A stretch of DNA of 63,603 bases, the filler included, from Dirinaria sp. TL-2023a (taxonomy: Eukaryota): the NCBI GenBank assembly GCA_051941275.1. It is 25 parts of 25 records of this genome, joined end to end, with 100 filler letters (N's around TTAATTAATTAA, not from the genome) between each part and the next. Parts side by side here need not be neighbours in the genome. Positions count along the whole stretch, not along the records: positions 36,076 to 38,506 come from JAVEBF010002285.1; positions 38,607 to 41,026 come from JAVEBF010002286.1; positions 41,127 to 43,545 come from JAVEBF010002287.1; positions 43,646 to 46,063 come from JAVEBF010002288.1; positions 46,164 to 48,580 come from JAVEBF010002289.1; positions 48,681 to 51,097 come from JAVEBF010002290.1; 19 more parts are not named here. The stretch is one strand, 5' to 3'. Position numbers and translations under genes: made by a program. Below are positions 36,076 through 49,271 of this stretch, piece by piece; positions within the stretch are counted from its first letter, which is position 1; every line of letters begins with the position of its first letter. The notes beneath the pieces are model-generated. The model searched no databases and was not told where the DNA came from. It saw only the letters and a list, made by a program, of their open reading frames with translations.

Positions 36076-38192
36076 ATCATAGCGTGCATTGAAGGCCACT
36101 TGAATGCAGTCAAGACTCTCACACTGTCAGGATCAGACCAATCCTGGCAAGACTCCCAAGGGTGGACTGCAAAAGAACATGCTGCATTCCGAGGCCACTT
36201 GGACATAGCTGAGTGGCTTAGAGGTGTGGGTCCAGATGAGGAGATACAGCTCAGTCACGCAGCCATCAATGAAATTGAGTCAAAGGCTCCGTTACGCCCT
36301 ACTCCATTGCTTTGGCTCCCCGTACAGTTAGCACAGGATGAGACACATATATTGCTCATGCTGGGGCCTTCAAACACTAGAAGTAAGATGCAGGCAGTTG
36401 ATATAAACCCCATATTGGATTGCCAATATAACTCATCCTACGGTTATGCTGGTTATGCGCTTCGGATCAATGCCATATGTGCCATTGGTCCCACGCTACT
36501 CATCAGATTACCCGTGCTCGGAGATCATATCAATGACCCTTGGTGGTTTCATGGCGATAGTACGAATAGAGCAGGGTTCGTCTTCAATCTCGTACGCTTG
36601 AATGACCAATATCACGACAATGCTACGCTTATTGCGAGTGGCAGTGCAATATTGGAGGATTTGGAAAGGGGGTTCTCATCCAAGCATGAGAGCTTAAACA
36701 GGGATTACACCATCCCCCTTTTGCAAACAGACGGTTCACAATTTGCGGGCACAGTGACTTTCAGCTTTCTCCAAATAAGAGGCTTTCCATGTCAAGACAT
36801 CCGTGTCGAGGCCAAAGCCGGGTTCTGGAAGACTGGCACTTCTACTCAGGTTGTAGGACACAGAGGTACATGTGATTGTGCGATACAGCGCTGTAGCCTA
36901 TCTTGCTAATTATACTCAAGGGTCTGGAGCCAATACTGCTGCACGTAGCAACCTCCAGATTGGAGAGAACACAGTTCAGGTATACCAGAGATTCTGAAAG
37001 CTACAAGAGTATTCATCGGCTGATCCGCGAAGTCTTTCCTCTCTGCAGCAGCGTCGGGGGCCTCGTGCGTTGAATTTGGTAATTATGTATATTGCCTTTG
37101 TCAATTCGAAGCTCGCTAAGTCATCCTAGATGTTCAAATAACCAAAGATTCGGTCCCTGTGATATTTCATGATTTCCTCATCATGGAGACGGGAGCAGAC
37201 ACACCACTCCATACCCTAACTCTCAAACAGGTGAGCTTGATGCTTTGCCTCGAACGGAAAAGGACTAACGTTTCACGGCAGTTTCTTCACCTCGCCGATT
37301 CGCAAGCCTCTAGAGGAGATGTCGTAAGTATAGCCGAAGCCAGATACTCTAGCAGAGACAAATTCAGCGCACCGAAGACGCAGAAACCCCGATCACGATC
37401 ACTCGGCTCCTATGATGAAGCTAGAAGCGAGGACATGATGGCTCGGATGAAGCTCACAGACGAAGGGATGCATAAACCTTTGAAAGGCAACGTACGAGGT
37501 CTTGCAATTCAAGAGATGTTTCCCACTTTCGTAGAGCTCTTCAAGAAACTGCCAGAAGATATCGCCTTCAACGTAGAATTGAGTGAGAAAAAAAACTTCC
37601 CCTATCCCTCTTATACACCCCGTGTTTTGACCATCAAATCTTAGAATACCCAATGCTCTGGGAAGCAGAAGATCGACGCATGGAAATCTCCGCCCCAGAA
37701 ATCAACCACTTCGTCGACATCATTCTGTCCACCATCTCCAAACACGGCCGCAAGCGCAGTATCACGCTCTCCTCCTTCAGCCCGGAAATATGCATCCTCC
37801 TCGCCGTCAAACAGCCGCAGTACCCGATCCTCTTCATCAACAAGGCCGGTTCAGTGCCTACCGGAGATACTAGAGCAGCGAGCCTGCAGCAAGCGATCCG
37901 GTTCGCCAAGACGTGGAATCTCGCCGGCATTGTGATGCTGTCGGATCCGTTCGTGCGGTGCCCGCGTTTGGTGCGGTATGCGAAGAGTCAGGGGTTGGTG
38001 GTGGCTACTTATGGTAATTTGAATGATGAACCGGAGAATGCGATCGTGAGTGGAACTCGCGGATCCAAGATATTTGGCTTAGCTGATGCTTTCGCGGTTG
38101 TACAGATCCAGGCTAACGCGGGCGTGGATGCCTTGATTGCGAATAAAGTGAAGCTCATTTCGCAGACGTTGGCGTCGTTGCCGAAGTCGTAG
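36076..38192 (+). CDS. GDE1: Glycerophosphocholine phosphodiesterase Gde1-like (last ankyrin repeats + GDPD domain), 5'-truncated, multi-exon
   Basis: GWTAKEHAAFRGH (ankyrin), VVGHRG|SGAN...LQIGENT, VEF|DVQITKD..PVIFHDF, FNVEL|KYPM and SSFSPEICILL. Confidence 0.9.
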
Positions 38193-39359
38193 CAGAAGAT
38201 GATGATAATCAGGAAAGCCTTTCAGTGGTCCGAATTTCATCTTGACATGCCACGGACTCGACCCGCGAGGTCTCTCATCCCACAACAGGCATGTTTAGCC
38301 CAGCTCAAGTACCAATTCGGACAGATATGAAATCTGAATAGATAAATGCGTATCATCGGTAGAATCAAGTTAAACGATTTCGATTTGCTTCTGTTCCAGT
38401 CTTTCATCAGATCGACGATTCGATCAACAAATTCGTTTATTCTGTTTTTCAGTATCTATTATTCTCGAACTCTCAAGCGCACAATGTTTCCATTACAATC
38501 ATGAACNNNNNNNNNNNNNNNNNNNNNNNNNNNNNNNNNNNNNNNNNNNNTTAATTAATTAANNNNNNNNNNNNNNNNNNNNNNNNNNNNNNNNNNNNNN
38601 NNNNNNGGGTGGGTGTGGGACGATGGAAAGCCAAAGTTGTTCGCGGACACTATACCGCTACACCACCACCTTGCTACGTGGTTGCCACTAACATTTGATC
38701 CAATTATTATATATATACTTTAAAATTCGTTTAGGGTAAAACCATGAACCCACCACCATGCTTCCTAAGTGGCCCTAGAAATTATTTTTCGAAATGACTT
38801 CCACATGCACTTGTCCTTATTCTATTGAAAACGGCTTCAGCCTACCTGGCCCTCCATTTCTGGCTATCTCGGCTGTCCCTTTGCCTACAGTACATAATCC
38901 ATGTTATGCATCATCATAAACATATAAAGGAAATGCATCTTAACACTTGATAGATATCACTTGTACAGCTCCATCGCAATATTTCACTCCCAGGTGCGAC
39001 GAAGGTTTGAATCTTATTTCGGAGAGCCAACGGAAGGCGGACGAATGATGTGATACTGAATTTATCTAGTAAGACATCTTTCCAGCTACTCTGAAAGTCA
39101 GGTACATGTGTCTGCTAACAATCTTCTCAGCTCTCACCATTTCCAGCAACACCTGCGTGCCTGAATTCTTTCCGTCGCTGCGACAGTACGGTTCCAAAGT
39201 AGCTAAAGAGCGGAAGCCTCGCCAGCAGTGTAGGAGAAAAACTGCTATTGATACAAGGAGTAATGGGGTGCGTGATTTTGTACGAACACCTGCAAGCTCT
39301 GCAAGCAAGGGATTATCTGAGTTCAGACGCCCACGCTCGAAACCTTCAATGAGCCGGTA

Positions 39360-39880
39360 TTATTTACATGCAATGCATACAACCCTGGGTATACGCAACG
39401 CAGCTCCGATGGTTGCTTCGTAGGAGGCATCGCTGGCCAGCTTCAAAATATTTCTCGTGAGCTCCATCTGTCCATCCTTTGCCAACGTCGTGGCAAAGTC
39501 GTAATGGAAAGCACGGACGATGTCGTTTCGATCGTCAAAAAACTGCATTCTCGCATCCCGAGAGCCCCTTCTGCCAGAAACTCGCAATCTTACCTTCCAG
39601 CCATAGCGGCCTACTGCATGACATAGCTCGCGCAATCCATCGAGCGCGGGTGTCTGGATCGCGTCGTTGTCGTCGGGCTTTTTCACGCGCATGTTCACAC
39701 AGTCCAGTTCGTCCCATTGCAAATAGACGCCGGGCTTGAGGAGCTTGCAAAGCTGTCGAGCGATGAATGGAATATCATGCTTTTCGATTACGAAGATTAG
39801 TAATCGCACATGAACGTTGCCGTACTTCCCAACGAGGTCGTCAAGGACATCTTCCAATAGATCCCAATTTCGACGGAGCG
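39360..39880 (-). pseudogene. Class I SAM-dependent methyltransferase remnant (C-terminal half)
   Basis: NWDLLEDV.DDLVGKY..VHVRLL...KLLKPG.YLQWDELD...PRVVCIA.K. No upstream SAM-binding motif I is seen, and there appear to be internal deletions. Confidence 0.65.
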
Positions 39881-40958
39881 CGAGAGATCGGCACGAAAAG
39901 GCCCTGAAGCCGCAAAAATATGCAAGTTACTTGGTCTCGCAAACAATCACAGCTCTTCATTCTATGAAGAATCCTCTGTAGAGCGGGAACCTTCTAGGCA
40001 AGCAGTAGCATGACGAGATGCGAGGCTTGGCGCCAAGATCTCGAAAGGACGAGGGGAAGTTGCTTCTTGACAAAGTCCAGAATAGAGAGTCACATCTGAT
40101 CACGCAACACATGGCCGGCGACAATCCAGACTCTATCAAACTGAAGCAAGGATCACGGTACGCTACCTATTATAAATCCACCTTTGTAATAGTTGAGGAT
40201 ATGGATACATGCAGTTGCATGCCTCACCCAATGCCCAGGATTATGCACACGCGAAAGGCTGAAACAGCAGGACTAAACGCGACCAAACAACGTTCATCGC
40301 CTCCTCTGATGGAGATCCCACGCCATCAATAATGACTCCTGGCGAGCGGCTGTATGCCAAGACAAACCTCTCTAGATGCCTTTATGCGCGCATGGGCAGC
40401 GATTGAATGGTCCGGGTGATAGTAATCCTGGAGGGTTCCCCCCAGATGACCTCCAACCAGCCGCACTAGTAAATAGTGGCATAGATCACCTTCGCCAGGA
40501 TCTATATGGAGCGGACCGCCGTATCCCATGGCTCCATGAGAGCATTTGGGGATCTGCAACAATTTCCCGACGAGCGCATAAGCGACGGCCTCTAAGCAAA
40601 AGGTAAACCGATCAGCGGGAAGGCATCTTCATCCATAAATATCCCACACGATCCCAGGAACCGTCGCGTGGGAGGGCGGAGATGTGGGGAACCCCCGAAC
40701 AATCTGATGGCTTCTAGAAGCTCTTAACCCCCCCTTTCCCCCTCGCGAAGCGCTTCGGTAGAGAGCATCTACATCATGAAAAAAATGTGGAGCTCTATAC
40801 TTCATGCGAGAACGAGAAAAGGGGAAAAAGCCGCATATTGCTCACAGCGACGATAGAAAGAATGTCATGCCTTCAGAAAAGCAAAGCTACCTTATGATGC
40901 CGCTACTGCTCGCTACGCAGTTCAGCATCAACAGGAGAAAGCCGCCAGCAGCAGCAGC

Positions 40959-41026
40959 ATGCACCCTCTAAGCATAATAATCCTCTGTTCTCTATGCGCC
41001 GCAGCTCTAGCCCTCCCTCATCATCT
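40959..41026 (+). CDS. Start of a putative secreted protein (signal peptide only)
   Basis: MHPLSIIILCSLCAAALALPHH runs into the contig edge. Confidence 0.4.
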
Positions 41027-41238
41027 NNNNNNNNNNNNNNNNNNNNNNNNNNNNNNNNNNNNNNNNNNNNTTAATTAATTAANNNNNNNNNNNNNNNNNN
41101 NNNNNNNNNNNNNNNNNNNNNNNNNNCTCCCCCTTCAACATAATAAAATGCTTGAATATGCGAACCGCATGCGGCTCGGCCCTCGATCGGGCTGGTTAGA
41201 TTCCTTCTGAATGCCAGTGATCCGCAGAACAGTCTAAA

Positions 41239-43068
41239 TTACAGTAAAACCATGCCAGCTCCCACAAGACCTGCTGTTACAACGTAAATCGCAAGCTGCA
41301 GTAGGCCAAAGTCGAATTTGGGGACAGTGTTCGCGCCTGCAGCACTCTTCTTGGAAGTTGTAGCTGCTCCACCAGCTGAACCAGTCCCCGTAGGCGCCGA
41401 AGTCACGGTTCCAGTACCTGCGGCGCCAGCTTGGCTGACCAGCGCCTTGCAATTGTTCGCCAGTTTGGGGGTTTGCGTGGTCGCGTTTCCGTTGAAGTTG
41501 CAGGGTTGGGTATCGGCGGGGTTGTGGGCCTTCTCATTGAAGTAGAACTCGTTCATGGCCCACGAAAGTCGCTCTGTCGCGTTGCACATCGAATATGCCC
41601 CGTACTTGCCAAGTGTCGCATTGGGGGTAATGCCCCCGCAATTATCGCCATGCTTGGGGTCGCAAAGGTAATTGAATGTAGCCTCAACAGCATCGTCACT
41701 GATGCTTGGCTTTGCAACGCAGGTGAGATTGGCTACCATGCAACCGCACAATTGCGCATTGGGCGTCGGCGGGAGCGTATCTTCGGCTTCCCATGTGCCG
41801 TTGACTGATGGGCAGGCCTGAGGGCTATTGGTGGGATTGTATGAGCCCATACTGACGCCAGATGGGGTCACGCTTGCGATTTGACTCGAGTACGTCGAGA
41901 AATCGGGGCGCTTGGTGGCTTTGTTATCGGAGCCGATGGTGACAAGACCTGTTTTCCATCAACCAAGTTATGCGATGAGGAAGGGAAATGGTAACTTACC
42001 GTAGTTATTGGCTTCTTCAAAATACATGTACACAATACCGCCCGACCATACAGGGGTCATTTTGCTGCCAAACAACGCCCCAACCTCGGTGAAGAGCCGT
42101 GGAGGAGTGATGCAGCCATACTCGGCAAAGAAGGCTGGGACAGAGTACGTGGAGAACTCCTCGGTGCGGACGTCGTATTTCGAAGACGTGTAACTCGAAT
42201 GACCACACCATGAATAAATGTTGTAGCCCCAGAAATCGATGGCATTCTGTTGAGGACCACAATTGAAATAATCGGCAAGCTCCGTCCGTGTGTCGTCGTC
42301 ATTGGTAGCATATCCAACGCCAATAGTGCGGTATTTCTTCTGCGCAATGTATGCTTTTGTATCTCGAACTGCCGCTTTTACGAAAGCGCTAGCAATGGTG
42401 TTATTTGGAGCATTCGAGACCTCGTTACCCGCAAAAAAGCCCAAGAGGTTGTTGTATTTTTGGAAAGTGTCAACCACACTGGTATAGCGATTGTAGAGTG
42501 TGAGATCCCACTCGGGGCTGTCACGGTTGATGGATGTTGCAGGCTCTCCGAGATCCATCACGACATAGATCCCGGCATCCTGCAACATTGACATGCATTG
42601 ATCGTGGTCCTTGGTGGGATCGACGGCGTACACACGAATCGTATTGGTCTTTAGCTGTTGTAGCAAAGGAATATCGCGCGTGCAGCTTGTTGGATCGGCT
42701 AAGGGATCTTTGTAGTTGTTCGTGCCGCTGATGGTGCCGTTGCTTGAGAAATCCTCTGTTCACTCTGTCAGAACTTTGCAATATACCCGGTGAGTAGCAT
42801 TGCTTACGTTGATACGCTACGCCCTGGATAAAGCTGGAGTGTAACTTGTCAGTGGCAGAATCACACGCGAAGGACCGACTCACAATTCTGTGCCGTTCGT
42901 CTTGTAGAAAAACTTGGAACCCTAGGATAGCAGCACGTCAGAAATGCCTATTGAGGACGGTGGTTGGTGACGGACCTTGATGACAATGGGGTCGACATCA
43001 GCGATGGCAGCCGATGCGTAGAGCACGGCTGCAGCTAAGGCCTTGGAGGCAAGCCCAAAACCCATCAT
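41239..43068 (-). CDS. GH72 beta-1,3-glucanosyltransferase (Gel/Gas) with X8/CBM43 domain and GPI signal
   Basis: [49 protein letters not shown] and [16 protein letters not shown], then a Cys-rich X8 domain and a hydrophobic tail. Four introns. Confidence 0.95.
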
Positions 43069-44561
43069 GGTGTATTTTTCGGCGATGGCAGTGGAAAAGA
43101 GATATGAGTGAAGTTGAAAAGGTCGTGGGCCAATGCGAGAAAATGCTGTTGATGGCAGAACCTGGAGAGGTTGAAATAATTAATGGGAGCCGACCGGGCT
43201 GGAATGGAAGAGGAGGAAGGTGCAGGCCAGTGCGGTAGTGACCCAAGGAGGCTCCAAAGAGCGTCGTCAGGGTCAGTCAGTTTGCAAAGAAATGGAGAAC
43301 GAGCGTTGTGAAGATTGACACTTCTGATGATAGGCACGAATTGGTGGAAGGAATAATACAGTACGAGTAAGGTAGAGCAGATTCGATGTTCTCTCCAAAA
43401 TAATAATCAATGCCAAGTGTAAAATAGCGCAGGGAGATGCAATTCCTTGTAATGCCAAGGAGGCGGGATCAGTTTTAGAAGTGTGTCGTGTCTCTGCCGT
43501 CGGTTGACCACAGGTGGATGCGGATGGGGCGCGGGGGGTGGAATGNNNNNNNNNNNNNNNNNNNNNNNNNNNNNNNNNNNNNNNNNNNNTTAATTAATTA
43601 ANNNNNNNNNNNNNNNNNNNNNNNNNNNNNNNNNNNNNNNNNNNNGATCGATTAGTTGATATTCACTCTGACTTAGATGATCTTGAAATCCTTGTTAATT
43701 GCAACTGTTGTGCGATGATCGTGTTATTGTTGGTGCGACAATAGAATAGCAAGGTGCTCATATGATCTTAGTAAACATAGATGACAATAGCAAATAGTGA
43801 TTCTGGACTAGGCAATAGTAGGTGGTGATCGTGTCAAAGGTGAATTTCATGAAGGTGATCATGTTGATATTGATAGTATGATACAATAGACTCATGACGC
43901 GTTCCTTTTCGACGCGTCGAGCAGATGGCAGTAGGCATTATTTAAACGTTTTCCTGATCTGCTTCTTTTTTTTCTTTTTCTTTTTTCTTTTCCACCTTCA
44001 TGTACCAAGGTAAGTCGTAAGTATACCCTCACCACCTTTGCTGCTAGGCCCTTGCTTCGTTGACTACTATACCATTATCACTTCTTCATTGCACTGCGAT
44101 TTAAGCTCAGATGCAAGTGCTTCCTGAAGGTCGTTGCCGCGACGCAGTGACCCTCAAATCGATGACAAGAAACGCGTTTGAAAGCTGCTTAGTACCTTGA
44201 CTAACATGACTGTTGAACCCGATATAGATATCACTATGATAAGTGCTTATCATTTGCGAGGCGCATCGTCGTCATGCGATCCCTCTGACTGCGAAAGACA
44301 TCGCTGACTGTGGTACAGACTTCATCACGCGTTCGTGGCCCTCGCGGGCGTTTCGTCTCTGTCTCCGCCGTCGCCGCGTCCTCGTCTTCTCTCTGCGTCG
44401 CTGGCGTGCTTGGGATGCTGACGAATATACCCGTGTCTTTGTTTTCGGCGTTGTGTTTGCGCTTGTTGCGCGTTGGCTTTTTGCCAATTTTAAAATAGTG
44501 GCTGTGTAGTTTTTTTTTTTTTTTTTTTTTTCTTTTAGGTAGTTCTTGCGCGCTCTGCGCG

Positions 44562-46063
44562 TCAATCGGCCTTCGGGCTTTGCTCTTTTCTTCTATTGAT
44601 CATCTGATTTTGAAGGTCTACCACGCTTTTTCCTCGCTGGAGAAGTTGTTTCCTTTTCAACCCGAAATTTTGACGTCGCTCTGCTTGCTTTTTGCTTCGC
44701 CTTCTTCGCGGCTGGCTCGCGTTGCGCTCGCTTCTTCTCAAACTCTTGAATGACTTTCTGTGCATTTTTCAGATGTTTCATTGATTCTCAAGTATCTTCA
44801 TATGAGACACAGTTCATTCATCGAATTAGATATTCAATGCTATCTCGTTTGACTCGCTTGACTAGCATCTGCTTCACTTCTCATTCTTCTTCTTCTTTCA
44901 CAAATATGAGTTGTGACTCTGAATCCTCGTCTCGCGAGTATCAGAGCTTCAATAACGAGATATGAAAGACGTTATGAATCGTTTCATACTTCTTCGATAG
45001 ATTTAATTGATACGCTTGAGAATCTATTCGTTTCAAGATTATAAAGAAATCAAGCTGACGATGATCGATTTTCTTCTTTGATCTCAAAATTCGTATGTTT
45101 ACACTTCGCAAAAGAACTTTATCATCTTTTTGAAAACATTTTGACGTATGTCGAGCGTTGTAATTTCGACTCTGCTGCTTCGTTATCTTCGCTCATAGCT
45201 TCTTTAGATATTCTCTGCTATTTCGCAATCATTGCGCTCGCTCTGTAGCTAGCGATGTCTCCCTCTTTAAGAGTCTGTTCTCAGAATCATTCGCGAAGTC
45301 GATCTGATAGTCTTTGAGAAGCTCATGAGATGATTTATCTATACTAGCATGTACACTGTTATTATAAGCGTGCATCGTCATAGATAGCAGCTTCGATGTG
45401 TTACGACCCTGAAAACTAATCAAGTAGTAAGATAGGCACCAAGTCCTTTGACTTGGTTAAGTTAGTCTTTTGGCGCTGTCGGGACTTTTACCATTGGGAA
45501 ATCTATCTAATCAAGGTTGGGTCTTTGACATTAAATCAAGTCAACTCGGTCGCAAAGTTCTGAGTTCGATTTCGCCCGAACGCTTGAAGGGTTGTTTCGG
45601 CGAGAACTTGTGGCTGAGAGCTTATTTAAGCTCGAGGCGACTACTTAATCGTTTCACTTAAGACGAATCTTCTACTCACATCCTGAGTGCTGAGCTTCGG
45701 AACGAAGCTCAGAAAGGGATCCGGGTAGTGTTACGACCCTGAAAACTAATCAAGTAGTAAGATAGATATCAAGTCCTTTGACTTGGTTAAGTTAGTCTTT
45801 TGGCGCTGCCGGGACTTTTATCATTGGGAAACCTATCTAATCAAGATTGGGTCTTTGACACGATTAATTATTCTGCTTAAAGTTGCAATACACTCGTAAG
45901 TAGTATTTCAGTATCTAATTTTGTCGTTCAGTTTGCTCGTCTGTTTGCGAGTGATAAACGATGCTAAATTTTCTTTTAGCACTCAGATGTCAACATAAAG
46001 TCGATTAGAAATAAGACGTGAAAAGCGATTCTTTATCGAAAATTATATTTCGCATCATCTTAT
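44562..46063 (-). mobile_element. Ty3/Gypsy chromovirus pol remnant (integrase, GPY/F region, chromodomain), RIP-mutated
   Basis: FTSYF*...YHSQTDEQTERQN*ILKYYLR...QNN*SKLL...AYNNSVH, then AYQLNL...IHNVFHISLL, then E*EVKQML..R...EYLIR*...YEDT*ESMKHLKNAQKVIQEF. Trp codons are converted to TGA/TAA. Confidence 0.92.
45399..45860 (+). mobile_element. TRIM (terminal-repeat retrotransposon in miniature), 462 bp, nested in the gypsy integrase
   Basis: 132-bp direct repeats at 45399-45530 and 45729-45860 with TG...CA ends; 198-bp non-coding interior; purine-rich tract before the second LTR; flanks CGATG / CGATT. Confidence 0.9.
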
Positions 46064-46163
46064 NNNNNNNNNNNNNNNNNNNNNNNNNNNNNNNNNNNNN
46101 NNNNNNNTTAATTAATTAANNNNNNNNNNNNNNNNNNNNNNNNNNNNNNNNNNNNNNNNNNNN

Positions 46164-48400
46164 TATTTTTCAAGCATGATTCTCAGATTCTGTCTCGAAC
46201 TCTCTTCGTCAGATAGAAGAGGAGAGAAATTTCTTTGCCAAATCGAGCCATAAACGATGATAGTATTGATCAGAGGATATGCTATTTGCTGTCAAGCTAT
46301 AGGAGGTTCTCAGTGCAGCGACCATGTTCCAGATGGATATGATGCAGTTTGAAGTTTGATGTATTCATACTGACTCTTTTTCTGCTTCATTAGCTCCTTT
46401 GCATCGTTGTCTTTGGTAAATAAGGAAATTGCGGGACGCCTCAGAAAGCTGCCTAGCTTCTGAAATATCTTTTGCTTTGGCAAACTTGCCTGTCAATAGA
46501 TCTTGCTTATTCTTAAGCATCTTGACGGATCTCTTTCGCGGGCCATTATTCCCAAAGAGGGATGAGTTGGTGGCTCTATCACGGAATAGTTTCACATCAC
46601 CGTTAGGCACAAAAGAGCGTAGCACATTGTCGCTTTACGCGTGCTCTTCATCCTTGTTCTTAATAGAGCCGAGGTACTTGTATTCTTCATATAGCAACTC
46701 ATGTAGATTTCAAGCATAGATGGTCGACATCCAACGTTGTTCCTTGGTCAGATTTTGCTTCTCTAACTTTAAGAGCTCCGTATCCTTAAGACGTAAATCA
46801 CTAAATATCTCCCTAGTGACCTCGAAGTGTCTAGCTGCAATATCCTTGATGATGGCTCTCTTGCGTTTACGTTTGGGCTTATTCTCTTCGCTATATTTTC
46901 ACTGCCCTCACTATCGACATTCAACTCTTTTAAGGTAGCTAATTTCTTGATGAGATCAAGCTCTTCAGGGATCTTGAAATTCTTGAGCATGGTCTGAGCA
47001 GCCAGTTTCCTCAAAGTCGCTGATCGGTAGCGGGTGTTGTCTGAGCTATCGTGATCGGTGAGGTGATCTGCCATAGAGTCCTGATCCGTTGTGTCATCTC
47101 TATTGTCTGAAGTGTTCAAGGGTGTAGAGATACTAAAAGGTGACTTGTTGATGGCTGAAAACCCATCACTACCCGCCGTAGCATCTTCCTCATCGGCGAA
47201 GTTTCTTTCAGAACAGCTGCGTTTCGAGTTGCAAGCATGTTCGATGACTCTTCGAATAACTTCTTAAAGTTTTTTGTCAGTATTCAAGAATTTCTTTGCG
47301 AGCTCGAATCTCATCGGTATCGTCAGATTGTGACCCAACAATGAACGTGGGGTAATGCGGGTACCGGGAATAGAAGAAATTCCAGAGGTATAGAAGTAAA
47401 AGTCCCGTAAATTGCAACGAAAGTGCTAGACAGTTGCTGATTCTTAGTAAGCGCAAATTGCAAATATGTAACTGGGGCAGGAGTCCCTCAGAACATCTTC
47501 CCCAGTAAGAAAAGTGCCCCGCGACAACCACCAACAAAGCATGATGGCAGGCCTTTAGGCATTTCATATTTGCTCTAAAGCTTCCGCAACTTCATTAGCC
47601 AACCAAATCACTTTTCTGAAAATCTACCAATCCAGCAATTGTTCAGCACTAGCCATGCCATTGTACCTCTCGTGATATACTTCCGACAATTTGCCATGCT
47701 CCGTATCATCAATGATTTCCGAATACGCATCGAAAGTTCTAGGATTCAATACTTTCGGTCTTAAACAGAGGTAGAGCAAGTGATAATTTCGTGTAGAGTT
47801 CTTTGTCTTGATGGATTCATATATGAAAATAAGTCAAGAGCCAAGGCTCGCTCAGCTCTGACAATCTGTCTGAGGACCTGAATGAGCTTCAGTTGCAGAT
47901 GGAGATTCCAGGAGTTCATTGGAGATCGTTGTGTAGGCTCCCAATCACATCGAATTTGAGATATCAAAAATACTCCAGACACGATGGCGGATAACACCTT
48001 GTCTTTTGTGTCGATATCTGGCACTCCCTGTGCAATCTTTGCACCCTGGACAATGGCTGAAAAGCGGGCATCGACTTCCTGGATCTTGTCGTGGAGGTCG
48101 CCCATCATTTTGCCCAGGCGCCTATAGGCTTCGGACGCCGGGAGGACTGCGACCTTCTTCGGGATCGGGGCGGGGCGGACTTGGGCGTGCCGTAGCGGGC
48201 TTGGAAACCAGGAGGTAGAGAATTGACTGGGGTAGACGTACCAGGATTAGACTGGAGACCTTCTTCGGATTTAATAGACTGCCCCTCCTTGGCTTCTAGT
48301 AGATGTGCGGGCATCTTCCTTAGAGCCCGCTTCCGTTCAACAAAGGCCTTGGCCTCAGCCGGCGTGTGTGGCTGGTAGTCCTTGAGCTCACCAGCAAGCT
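46164..48400 (-). pseudogene. Long degraded coding region of unknown family
   Basis: A series of minus-strand ORF fragments (48108-47761, 47567-47277, 47119-46769, 46625-46365) broken by stops. No motif recognised. Confidence 0.3.
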
Positions 48401-49271
48401 GATGTTTGAATAGATTAGTTATTATTATAAAGCGTGATTAGCAACTCGTCAATTATTCAGAGCTGAATTACCAGCATCTGAAATCTCACGGTCACTAGCT
48501 CTTCCCTCTACCAACATTCACGACTCGGCGTCAAGCATCCCTCCTCGGCTTTGAATCATCGTGGTAGCTCGATCTAAAACNNNNNNNNNNNNNNNNNNNN
48601 NNNNNNNNNNNNNNNNNNNNNNNNTTAATTAATTAANNNNNNNNNNNNNNNNNNNNNNNNNNNNNNNNNNNNNNNNNNNNCTCCCATTGAGTTATCAACA
48701 ATCGTTTGCTTCTTGTTTCCAATTCTTCCCGAACACCGCCGTGCCTTGCCCATCCATAGGATCTGCTCAGCTAGCCGCCTTGCAAAGCCAATAATGATGC
48801 CCACGGCTCCATGCATTAGCAAAAGGCGGGATCCGTAGTCATGAAGGTCTGAGCACCACCTTGGCTCATCGGGATCGTTGCGCCTGATAGATTTCCTACT
48901 GTTGTGCGTTCAAAAATTCTCCGAGATTCCCACTCTACTTTCGTCTGCCCACATCTCCTTTGTTTTACGACCCATTTTTCCACTTCCACGCCTCGGCTGC
49001 ATTCACCATCGTCGAGGAAACTTAGCCAGGGACTTTGTTGACGCTGATGACCTATATCAAAGAGGCGGGAATGAATTTATACCATCCACAGCCTAATCAG
49101 AACGACCTCGGCGATTCCGATACGATACGACCGCCGCTCCTTCCCGAATCGACAGGACATTCATCGACAACACACAGGCTTGGCCATCTTCCTTACAGCC
49201 AAGAAACCCTAGAAATCAGCACTGCGCTCCCAACGCTCAACCCAACATCCATACACCACGAATCATAAAAT

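Noticed and set aside
43646..44560. Possible 3' LTR of the host chromovirus
   Set aside because: No second copy is present, and TG/CA boundaries or a polypurine tract could not be fixed with confidence.
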